This document shows positions 16,560 to 24,088 of a DNA stretch of 38,985 nt, piece by piece (within the stretch, counting starts at the first letter, position 1; every line of letters begins with the position of its first letter). Under the pieces are notes generated by a model. That model was not told the DNA's origin. It saw only the letters and a list, made by a program, of their open reading frames with translations, and did not search any database. The stretch lies in NCBI GenBank assembly GCA_964518565.1, contig CAZFGX010000001.1:864568-903552 (forward strand), in the 5' to 3' direction. The DNA comes from an uncultured Gammaproteobacteria bacterium. Its GTDB lineage: Bacteria; Patescibacteriota; Microgenomatia; CAZETR01; Amesbacteraceae. Both the position numbers and the translations under genes were made by a program.

Positions 16560-16970
16560 TTATTGTAACACCGGCACTCGTACTTCAATTTTCTTTTCTA
16601 CTTGCTCGCCGATTTCATTTGTCACTACGACAAGAATAGTATTTTCTCCAGCTACCAAATCTGCCCGGCCGACAAAGTTTCCTTTTACATCAGACGAAAA
16701 CTCCTTTTCCCCCACTCGTACTTTTGCCGAAGGAATAGTGAATCCTCGTACAACAGCAGAAGTAGAAGCCACCACACTACCCGATACTGGCATATCTACT
16801 CGCAAAATAAAGTTGCCACTTACTGGTACCGTAGTCGGTGAAACCCCGCTCAATTCATTTTTGACCGCCTCATGCTGTGTATCAGACCGCGTACCCAGAT
16901 ATGCGGACAATCCTACTGTTCCCACAAAAACCACGGCCAACAACATATATAACAAAAACATCTTCCCCAT
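16560..16970 (-). CDS. membrane-anchored hypothetical protein with Ig-like beta-sandwich-type domain (136 aa)
   Basis: N-terminal TM, then alternating beta-strand pattern (GNFILRVDMPVSGSVV...VRVGEKEF...GENTILVVVTNE). Family not identified. Confidence 0.6.
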   Translation of the reverse strand: MGKMFLLYMLLAVVFVGTVGLSAYLGTRSDTQHEAVKNELSGVSPTTVPVSGNFILRVDMPVSGSVVASTSAVVRGFTIPSAKVRVGEKEFSSDVKGNFVGRADLVAGENTILVVVTNEIGEQVEKKIEVRVPVLQ

Positions 16971-16975
16971 AAATT

Positions 16976-16984
16976 TGCTATCAT
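16976..16984 (+). promoter_or_regulatory. candidate extended -10 element (TGcTATCAT), 9 nt upstream of ATG 16994
   Basis: TG at 16976-16977 and TATCAT at 16979-16984. Confidence 0.2.
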
Positions 16985-16993
16985 CATCTTACC

Positions 16994-17170
16994 ATGGCTA
17001 CCCCATATTCAGAACCTTACCGCGAAGAGACTGTGACCGAAAAAGTCAGTAGCACCATCAGTCGTAATGCGCCCATCATCACCGGCCGCATCATTTCTAT
17101 TCTGCTCTTTGGCTTCGTCCGCGTTTTCCGCGGCGTACTCAACACCATCAAAGAAGCCATTCGTGGCTAA
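16994..17170 (+). CDS. candidate 58-aa small protein with one hydrophobic helix
   Basis: MATPYSEPYREETVTEKVSSTISRNAPIITGRIISILLFGFVRVFRGVLNTIKEAIRG. 29 of 58 codons end in C. Its stop overlaps the uppP stop as CTAA, as seen at other convergent pairs here. Below the ORF-track length cutoff. Confidence 0.4.
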   Translation: MATPYSEPYREETVTEKVSSTISRNAPIITGRIISILLFGFVRVFRGVLNTIKEAIRG

Positions 17171-17955
17171 TGTCCGACAAACACTGCAGCAAATAAAATA
17201 GCTAGTACAATCCGATACCAACCAAATGTGGCCAGACTGTGCTTTTGTAAAAATTTCATCATCCACAATATAGTCACCGTGGCCATAATAAACGCCACCA
17301 CAAATCCCACTCCCAAAATTCCCCACTCTCCAGCAGTAAAATGTAAGCCACTCTTAACCAAATCCAATCCCGAAGCAGCAAGCAACGTCGGCGTAGCTAC
17401 TAAAAAAGAAAACTCAGTCGCCTCTACTCGAGACAATCCCACCACCATTCCCCCAATAATTGTTGCCCCAGACCGACTCACACCTGGCACCATCGACAAG
17501 CTTTGGATCAACCCCACAGCAATACATCGTGAATAGGACAAATCTGCCAAGGTTAATCGTTTTTGATCCGGCTTTAATGCAGTCTTTTTTGTTGCCCGTT
17601 CATACACCACCATAAACAGCCCTCCCGCAGCCAAGGCCACAACTGTCAGCCATACATTTCCAATAAAATATGCCTTTACAAAACGATAAAGCACAAAACC
17701 AATCACTCCAGTTGGGAAAAAAGCCAACAAAATCCTTTTTGATATCTCCTTCTCCACCGCCAACTTCCGCCAATACAAAATCGCAACAGATAAAATCGCT
17801 CCCAATTGGATCACAATCTCGAAACTTTTGACAAAATCCGTTTGAGAAATCCCAGCCAAAGCTGCTACGAGTGTCATATGGCCAGTCGATGATATTGGCA
17901 AAAACTCTGTCACCCCCTCAACAATTCCCAAGAGTATCGCCTGAAAAATTGTCAT
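17167..17955 (-). CDS. uppP: undecaprenyl-diphosphate phosphatase
   Basis: EGVTEFLPISSTGH and PGVSRSGATI. ATG 17955 preferred over TTG 18000. Confidence 0.92.
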   Translation of the reverse strand: MTIFQAILLGIVEGVTEFLPISSTGHMTLVAALAGISQTDFVKSFEIVIQLGAILSVAILYWRKLAVEKEISKRILLAFFPTGVIGFVLYRFVKAYFIGNVWLTVVALAAGGLFMVVYERATKKTALKPDQKRLTLADLSYSRCIAVGLIQSLSMVPGVSRSGATIIGGMVVGLSRVEATEFSFLVATPTLLAASGLDLVKSGLHFTAGEWGILGVGFVVAFIMATVTILWMMKFLQKHSLATFGWYRIVLAILFAAVFVGH

Positions 17956-17964
17956 GGCATAATT

Positions 17965-19353
17965 ATGCCACGAACATATATGAATTTTCCTCTCGACCAA
18001 AAAGATCTTCCGCCACCCCCTCCGTTCAAAAAACTGCTTGGTCCTAGTTTTATTGTCTTAGGCCTTGGCTTGGGCAGTGGTGAAATTATTCTCTGGCCAT
18101 ATCTCACCTCAAATCATGGTCTTGGCATGATTTGGGCAATTCTTGTCGGTGTATTCATGCAATTTTTTATCAATATGGAAGTCGAACGTTATGCCCTCAT
18201 TTACGGTGAAAGTATTTTTGTCGGCTTTGCTCGCTGGCTTCGGTGGCTTCCATTATGGTTTGCCATCTCTACTCTTATTGGTTTTGGTTGGCCAGGCATT
18301 GGTCTAGCTGGAGCGACCCTTATTTCCCGCACAATTCCCGCTTCATCTCCGCAAACAATTGGCGTGATCACTTTTATTGCCATAGGCGTTCTTCTTTCCA
18401 TTGGCAAAACCCTCTACAAAACCGTCGAATCGTTACAAAAAATACTCATCGCTGTAGGCACTCCGGCCATTTTGCTACTAACCATGTATTTAGCCAAATC
18501 TACAGATTACTCCGAACTGCTCCGTGGCTTCGTTGGCCAAGGACCCAATTACTCTTTTTTGCCACCCAGCTTATCCCTAGCTACGTTTCTCTCTGCCTTG
18601 GTTTACTCCGGTGCAGGCGGAAATCTCAATCTTACCCAAAGTAATTATATTCGAGATAAAGGCTATGGTATGGGCATATTTGCGGACAAAATAAAAAATT
18701 TGTTCAACATCGATAAATCTCTCAAACTCACCGGCGCCACCTTTCCAAAAACAGAAAAAAATCTGCAAAATTTCTCCAAATGGTGGCGACTAACCAATCT
18801 CGAACATCTCTTAATTTTTGTCGTACTGGGCATAATTACTATGGTGTCCTTATCATTTCTGGCCTATGTTTCCTCATACGGCCACGCAAACAATCTAGAT
18901 GGCATTAATTTTGTCATCAACGAAGCCAAATTTATTGCCGACCAAACACTTCCCCTCATTGGCACTATTGTCTTGATAATTCTCGGCCTCATGCTTACGG
19001 CTACACAGCTCACAGTTTTAGATTCCACCAGTCGTATTATTTCCGAAAATCTACTCTTACTCCGAGGTCACGCTGCCCATCACCTTCCCAAGATGTATTA
19101 CATCACCCTTTGGAGCCAAATTGCACTTGGTATAGGCATTTTTCTTCTTGCCTCATCTCAACCACGCCAACTTATCACCCTTTCTGCTGTTATCAATGCT
19201 GCCACCATGTGTATCTATATCCTTCTTTTGGTCATTCACCATCGCACTCGTCTAGATCCTTCATTACGCCCAAATCTCGTGCGTACCATAATACTAATTT
19301 TTTCTTCGCTTGTATTCGGTGGCCTGTTTTTACTGACGATCAAACCCAACTAA
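17965..19353 (+). CDS. Nramp-related polytopic membrane transporter (putative divalent-metal transporter)
   Basis: About 11 TM. N-terminal GLGLGSGEIILWPYL...FMQFFINMEVERYAL resembles Nramp/MntH-related families. Start is ATG 17965 or ATG 17980. Confidence 0.75.
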   Translation: MPRTYMNFPLDQKDLPPPPPFKKLLGPSFIVLGLGLGSGEIILWPYLTSNHGLGMIWAILVGVFMQFFINMEVERYALIYGESIFVGFARWLRWLPLWFAISTLIGFGWPGIGLAGATLISRTIPASSPQTIGVITFIAIGVLLSIGKTLYKTVESLQKILIAVGTPAILLLTMYLAKSTDYSELLRGFVGQGPNYSFLPPSLSLATFLSALVYSGAGGNLNLTQSNYIRDKGYGMGIFADKIKNLFNIDKSLKLTGATFPKTEKNLQNFSKWWRLTNLEHLLIFVVLGIITMVSLSFLAYVSSYGHANNLDGINFVINEAKFIADQTLPLIGTIVLIILGLMLTATQLTVLDSTSRIISENLLLLRGHAAHHLPKMYYITLWSQIALGIGIFLLASSQPRQLITLSAVINAATMCIYILLLVIHHRTRLDPSLRPNLVRTIILIFSSLVFGGLFLLTIKPN

Positions 19354-19961
19354 AAACCCAAAACTTCTTTGACAATCACCAAAGTGATTCGTCCTGGCTT
19401 TACCTCACGTGACACGATCAACAATTTACTCGCAAAGCTCTCAAACGTTTCCGGCAATCCATATGCCTTTCGCGCTCGCACGCTTTCTAAGGGAATTGTA
19501 TGTTCATTCAAGCGTTTCATTGCAGCGTCTAAATCTTTTACCAATTTTTGTGCTCCTATTATCCACAAAACGTGATCACTACTATATGCATAACTTGGCA
19601 ATTGACTACCTGTATTGGAGGCAATCACCACTTGACCAGATTCAGTCACAGCATGCACGCTCCCCACTACCCAATCAGATAAATGCCCTGCTTGTTTCTT
19701 CTCCATCTCACTCGCCTCTTGAGAATGTAAAACATTACGTGCTGGCTTATGTTTACCCATTTGCGAAATCGCATCCACAATCCCCGTTTTCTCCAAAGTC
19801 ACTGACGTCATTGTCATGACCTGCGCCCCTTCTGGAATAGTGTTCAGCACCAATTCTTTTGCTTCTTCACCAGTATTCACCACCACGGCATCAATTCCAT
19901 TCGCCTTCAAGGCTTCAACGGTCATTTTTATTTGTTCGTCATTGGGTATCGATGTGTACAT
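19350..19961 (-). CDS. LUD-domain protein (LutC/YkgG-like, DUF162)
   Basis: Length and pattern (TVEALKANGIDAVVV...AVTESGQVVIASNTG...LWIIGAQKLV...TLVIV) fit the LUD domain. Confidence 0.75.
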   Translation of the reverse strand: MYTSIPNDEQIKMTVEALKANGIDAVVVNTGEEAKELVLNTIPEGAQVMTMTSVTLEKTGIVDAISQMGKHKPARNVLHSQEASEMEKKQAGHLSDWVVGSVHAVTESGQVVIASNTGSQLPSYAYSSDHVLWIIGAQKLVKDLDAAMKRLNEHTIPLESVRARKAYGLPETFESFASKLLIVSREVKPGRITLVIVKEVLGF

Positions 19962-19978
19962 AACCCATATCCTAATTC

Positions 19979-20018
19979 CTTTACTTCCTTTTGTAAAGTA
20001 GTTACAATTAGTAAAGTA
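19979..20018. promoter_or_regulatory. repeat-containing divergent control region (possible HxlR operator plus hxlR promoter)
   Basis: GTAAAGTA at 19993-20000 and at 20011-20018 (direct repeat). Inverted half-site CTTTAC at 19979-19984. TTTACT (19980-19985), a 17-nt spacer, TACAAT (20003-20008), then ATG at 20018. Confidence 0.3.
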
Positions 20019-20314
20019 TGGACGAAAAACATTGTGTGTATAAAACTCTCAAAATGATTGGCGCCAAATGGACCATCCCCATCCTCTTTGAATTATTCCA
20101 AGGTACCCAGCGCTTCGGCCAACTAGAAAACAAGTTGCCTGGTATTAGTCCAAAAACTCTCGCCCTACGTTTATCTGAATTAGAAACAAACCACCTCGTC
20201 ACCAAAAAAATCTTCAAAGAAGTTCCTCTCCATGTCGAATACTCTCTGACCAAAAAAGGCCAATCTCTAAAAGAAATTCTAAACCAAATGCACAGCTGGG
20301 GCGCCACCTCTTAA
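20018..20314 (+). CDS. HxlR-family winged-helix transcriptional regulator
   Basis: IGAKWTIPILFELFQGTQRFGQLENKLPGISPKTLALRLSELE...VEYSLTKKG. Confidence 0.9.
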   Translation: MDEKHCVYKTLKMIGAKWTIPILFELFQGTQRFGQLENKLPGISPKTLALRLSELETNHLVTKKIFKEVPLHVEYSLTKKGQSLKEILNQMHSWGATS

Positions 20315-21669
20315 ACTACACTTTTCATCAGAGCCAACACTTCATCTCGTTTTTGCTCCATGACTGACTGAGATTTCGCCTCCAAGTTTAATCTCAACAA
20401 CGGCTCAGTATTAGACGATCGCACATTAAACCGAAATTCTGGATATTCGATCGTAATTCCATCCAATGTCGAAATTTGTGCATCTGCATATTTTGTCTTT
20501 AATGTCTCCATAACCACTGTTGGTTTTTCCACTTTTTGATTTATCTCACCAGAAATAATATATTTCTCCATGACCGGCTTCATTTCCTCAGACAACTTTT
20601 TACCTGAAACCGACAAATGTTCCAATACCAATACAGCCGGAATCATTCCAGAATCTGCAAACCAAAAATCTCGAAAATACGTATGTCCGCTCGATTCCCC
20701 AGAAAACAACCCATTGTGCTCTCGCATCGCTTGTTTAATATATGAATGTCCCACTCGGCTCGGCAAGACCACTCCACCATTAGCCGCCACTGTATCCAGT
20801 GTTGCCCATGTGTAACGTGGATCATAAATAACCGTCGATCCAGGATTCTTTTTCAACAATGCTTGAATAAGTAAGGTATTCAAATAATAAGAGTCAACAA
20901 ACACTCCTCCGTCTGCACAGAAAAACACTCGATCCGCATCCGCATCCCATGCAATTCCCAATTGTGCCCCACTAGACTTTACCAGTTCGCTAATTTCAGT
21001 TCTATTTTCTGGAATAAACGGATCTGGTCGACCTTTGGGAAAACTGCCATCCAATTCACAATTCAAAGGCACAATCTCAATCGGCAATCCCCCTCGTGCC
21101 ACCAACAATTCAAATACCCGGCCAGCTGGACCAAAATTAGCATTTGTCACCACCTTCATCGGTTTTATGGCCGAGACATCAATCCATTTCAACACATAAT
21201 CACAGTAGTCATCCCACAAACTCACCTGACGCACTGTTCCCTTTTTTGTCGCTTCAATTTTTTTACCACTTTCCACAAATGCTCGAATTTGCGAAATCCC
21301 CTCCTCACCAGTCAGAGGTGCCGCCTCTGCTTTCACCATCTTAAATCCATGCCATTCAGCTGGATTGTGTGAAGCCGTCACTTGAATTCCACCTGCCAAT
21401 TTCATACTTCCCACACCAAAATAGCTCATATCTGTCATGATCAATCCCACATCTACCACATTCACTCCTGCATCAACCAAACCCGCAATAACTTGTTTTT
21501 GCAAAGCCTCAGAATGTAGCCGCACATCTCGCCCCACCAACACTTCTCCATTAGGCTTTACATAGTCCACATACCCCTGAGCAATTGCATAAGCACCAGC
21601 TTCATCTATCTGAGCTGGATACACTCCTCGAATGTCATACGCTTTAAAGATACTCGCGTCAGCTGCCAT
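20311..21669 (-). CDS. phosphomannomutase/phosphoglucomutase
   Basis: TASHNPAEWHGFK (phosphoserine loop), GIAWDADADR (metal loop) and GESSGH. ATG 21669 preferred over TTG 21684. Confidence 0.92.
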   Translation of the reverse strand: MAADASIFKAYDIRGVYPAQIDEAGAYAIAQGYVDYVKPNGEVLVGRDVRLHSEALQKQVIAGLVDAGVNVVDVGLIMTDMSYFGVGSMKLAGGIQVTASHNPAEWHGFKMVKAEAAPLTGEEGISQIRAFVESGKKIEATKKGTVRQVSLWDDYCDYVLKWIDVSAIKPMKVVTNANFGPAGRVFELLVARGGLPIEIVPLNCELDGSFPKGRPDPFIPENRTEISELVKSSGAQLGIAWDADADRVFFCADGGVFVDSYYLNTLLIQALLKKNPGSTVIYDPRYTWATLDTVAANGGVVLPSRVGHSYIKQAMREHNGLFSGESSGHTYFRDFWFADSGMIPAVLVLEHLSVSGKKLSEEMKPVMEKYIISGEINQKVEKPTVVMETLKTKYADAQISTLDGITIEYPEFRFNVRSSNTEPLLRLNLEAKSQSVMEQKRDEVLALMKSVV

Positions 21670-21679
21670 GCAAATATTA

Positions 21680-21685
21680 TACAAT
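21680..21685 (+). promoter_or_regulatory. candidate -10 box TACAAT for the glucan phosphorylase gene (ATG 8 nt downstream)
   Basis: TACAAT lies in the 24-nt divergent spacer between ATG 21669 (minus) and ATG 21694 (plus). Confidence 0.25.
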
Positions 21686-21693
21686 AATCAAAC

Positions 21694-23367
21694 ATGAAAC
21701 TAGCCTATTTCTCACTGGAAGTCATGTTGGAATCAGATATCCCCACCTATGCCGGTGGTCTAGGCGTATTAGCTGGAGATACACTACGCTCTTGTGCTGA
21801 CAAAGGCATTCCTGCCATCGGCATATCACTCGTCTATTCCGGGCATACATTTAATCAGATGGTCACACCTGATGGATCTCAAATTTTTGTCACAGTGGAT
21901 TGGCAACGCTTAGATCAACTCACCAAATTACCTCAAAAGGTCCACATTACTCTCGCTGGCACAGAAATTACTGTCAATTGTTGGCGTTATGACATCGTTG
22001 GCCTTTCAGGCCACGTGGTACCCGTATATCTTTTAGACACCAACACTCCAGACAATTTAGAATGGGCCAGAAACCTCACACTGACTCTGTATGCTGGTTC
22101 ACCTGAAACCCGCCTTGGTCAAGAAGCCCTTCTGGCCGAAGCTGGGGTCAAAATGCTTCGGGAACTCGAACACACCGACATTACTACTTACCATCTCAAT
22201 GAGGGTCACACCAGTCTGGTACCCCTAGCTCTAGCCAAAGAATTCAAGCTCGATCTAGACACCATCAAACAACGTTGTGTCTTCACCACCCACACTCCCG
22301 TACCAGAAGGTCACGACAAATTCCCATATACCTTAGTCGACAAATATATTCCGGATCTATTGCCCAAAAACATCAAAGATTTAGCCACCAAAGACCAATT
22401 CCATACTACCCATCTAGCCTTAAACACCTCCCATACCCACATAGCCGTTTCGCAAAAACACAAATCCGTTTGTGAACAAATGTTCCCCAACCACCAGTTT
22501 ATTTCTATTACCAATGCTGTCCATCATCGCTCCTGGACGTGGTACATCATGCAAAATCTCTTCGACACATATCTTCCCGGTTGGATAGAAAATCCTTCAC
22601 TATTATCTCAAGCTTCCGAAAAAATTCCTGACGACCTTCTCTGGTCTGCTCATCAAAATTCTAAACAAGATTTGATCCACTCAGTCAACGAACATCTCAA
22701 TATCCAGACAGCCGTCAACAATTTACCCCCACTCTCAACTGAAGATTTATTCGATATTGATACACTGACCATCGCACTCGCCCGTCGCCCCGTTCCTTAC
22801 AAACGCCCTTTGCTATTATATTCAGATATTGTCCGATTAGAAAAAATCGGTGCCAAAAAAATCCAAATCATCCAGTGTGGCAAATCCCACCCCAACGATG
22901 AAATTTCCCAGACCTTTGTCCGTGAGATTATTCGTATCTCCCAAAAGCTCCGCGGGCAAATTCGGGTCGCCTATATCGAAAATTACTCCCCCAAACTAGC
23001 TCGGCTATTAGTTTCTGGTTCAGACGTCTGGCTCAACACTCCGCGTCGACCACTAGAAGCCTCTGGCACTTCAGGTATGAAGGCTGCTCTAAATGGCGTC
23101 ATAAATTTTTCTATTCTCGATGGTTGGTGGATTGAAGGCTATCATCAAAATCCTCTTGCCGGATTTACCATAGGTCCAGAAACTGAAACTGTCGACGACA
23201 TGGAAGATGCCGCAGATTTATACACCAAACTCGAATCCGAAATTCTGCCTCTGTTTTACCAAAATCGTCCCGATTGGCTCAAACGTATGAAGGCCGCCAT
23301 CACTCTTGGTAGCTATTTCAACACCCACCGTTTCGTCGCCGACCATCTGGAAAAAGCCTGGAAATAA
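21694..23367 (+). CDS. glgP: alpha-glucan phosphorylase (GT35, short archaeal/bacterial GlgP type)
   Basis: YAGGLGVLAGD near the N-terminus and the PLP-lysine motif EASGTSGMKAALNG. 557 aa. Confidence 0.92.
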   Translation: MKLAYFSLEVMLESDIPTYAGGLGVLAGDTLRSCADKGIPAIGISLVYSGHTFNQMVTPDGSQIFVTVDWQRLDQLTKLPQKVHITLAGTEITVNCWRYDIVGLSGHVVPVYLLDTNTPDNLEWARNLTLTLYAGSPETRLGQEALLAEAGVKMLRELEHTDITTYHLNEGHTSLVPLALAKEFKLDLDTIKQRCVFTTHTPVPEGHDKFPYTLVDKYIPDLLPKNIKDLATKDQFHTTHLALNTSHTHIAVSQKHKSVCEQMFPNHQFISITNAVHHRSWTWYIMQNLFDTYLPGWIENPSLLSQASEKIPDDLLWSAHQNSKQDLIHSVNEHLNIQTAVNNLPPLSTEDLFDIDTLTIALARRPVPYKRPLLLYSDIVRLEKIGAKKIQIIQCGKSHPNDEISQTFVREIIRISQKLRGQIRVAYIENYSPKLARLLVSGSDVWLNTPRRPLEASGTSGMKAALNGVINFSILDGWWIEGYHQNPLAGFTIGPETETVDDMEDAADLYTKLESEILPLFYQNRPDWLKRMKAAITLGSYFNTHRFVADHLEKAWK

Positions 23368-24075
23368 TTACTTTCTGACCACAATCATTCTCTTCTCGAT
23401 CTTCTCGATCGGTTCATGATCCCCACTCGGATAATCCCGAATTGCTCCAAATAACACCTCCTGATCATAACGATAATCTTTACCTTTTCTCGTTCCTGGA
23501 TCATTAGTCACAAATTGTTTTTTCTCCAAATCGTATCCAGTAATCACTAGATTGTGTCGCTCTGGACCGCCATTGGTAAAATTTGGATTTCCCAATTTTT
23601 GTCCATCTGTGGGCACAATCACCAAATGCCCCATCACCAATTCTCGAACAACAGCTTCTACATTCGCCACAGGCTTGGCCTCTACTTGCCCATACGCATA
23701 ATATTGTTTAAAAATTCGCTCCACAGTATCCGCCGTCGACGTATCCACAAATCCGCCAAATTTCTCTTCCTGAAATGCCGCTATCGACTCAATTTTTCTC
23801 GTCACTACTTCTGGTTCCAATACTTTTGTCTCATTTACCCAGCCAATCGCCATCAATGCCGATGCTTCTTCACATCCATCCTGAAACCGCTTATCAGACC
23901 ACTGCCCTTTTGGTGCCTGGCTAGTAAAAGCTACTTCCAATTGCACGCTTTTTACTGGCACTTCAGTTGGTATTGGTGTATCAGTCGGCAAGCCCACTAC
24001 TCCCATAGATGGCTGGCTCACCAAGCCCAACATAGCCAGTATTCCCAAAAAAAACTGTTTTATGGCAGTAATCAT
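23368..24075 (-). CDS. secreted C39-like cysteine peptidase domain protein
   Basis: Signal peptide. QAPKGQWSD...DGCEEASALMAIGW (Cys region) and HLVIVP...HNLVITGYD (His region), as in the Peptidase_C39_2 family. Confidence 0.68.
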   Translation of the reverse strand: MITAIKQFFLGILAMLGLVSQPSMGVVGLPTDTPIPTEVPVKSVQLEVAFTSQAPKGQWSDKRFQDGCEEASALMAIGWVNETKVLEPEVVTRKIESIAAFQEEKFGGFVDTSTADTVERIFKQYYAYGQVEAKPVANVEAVVRELVMGHLVIVPTDGQKLGNPNFTNGGPERHNLVITGYDLEKKQFVTNDPGTRKGKDYRYDQEVLFGAIRDYPSGDHEPIEKIEKRMIVVRK

Positions 24076-24088
24076 ATAAGATGAATAT

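Noticed and set aside
17009-17326. Minus-strand 105-aa ORF overlapping the uppP 3' end. Likewise 20008-20307, antisense to hxlR.
   Set aside because: Both are out of frame or antisense relative to well-supported genes (uppP and hxlR motifs), and neither shows any recognisable features.
23392-23409. Perfect 9-nt tandem repeat CTTCTCGAT x2.
   Set aside because: It lies inside the C39-like peptidase gene, where it encodes IEKIEK. Only two units are present, so it is too small to be a meaningful repeat element.
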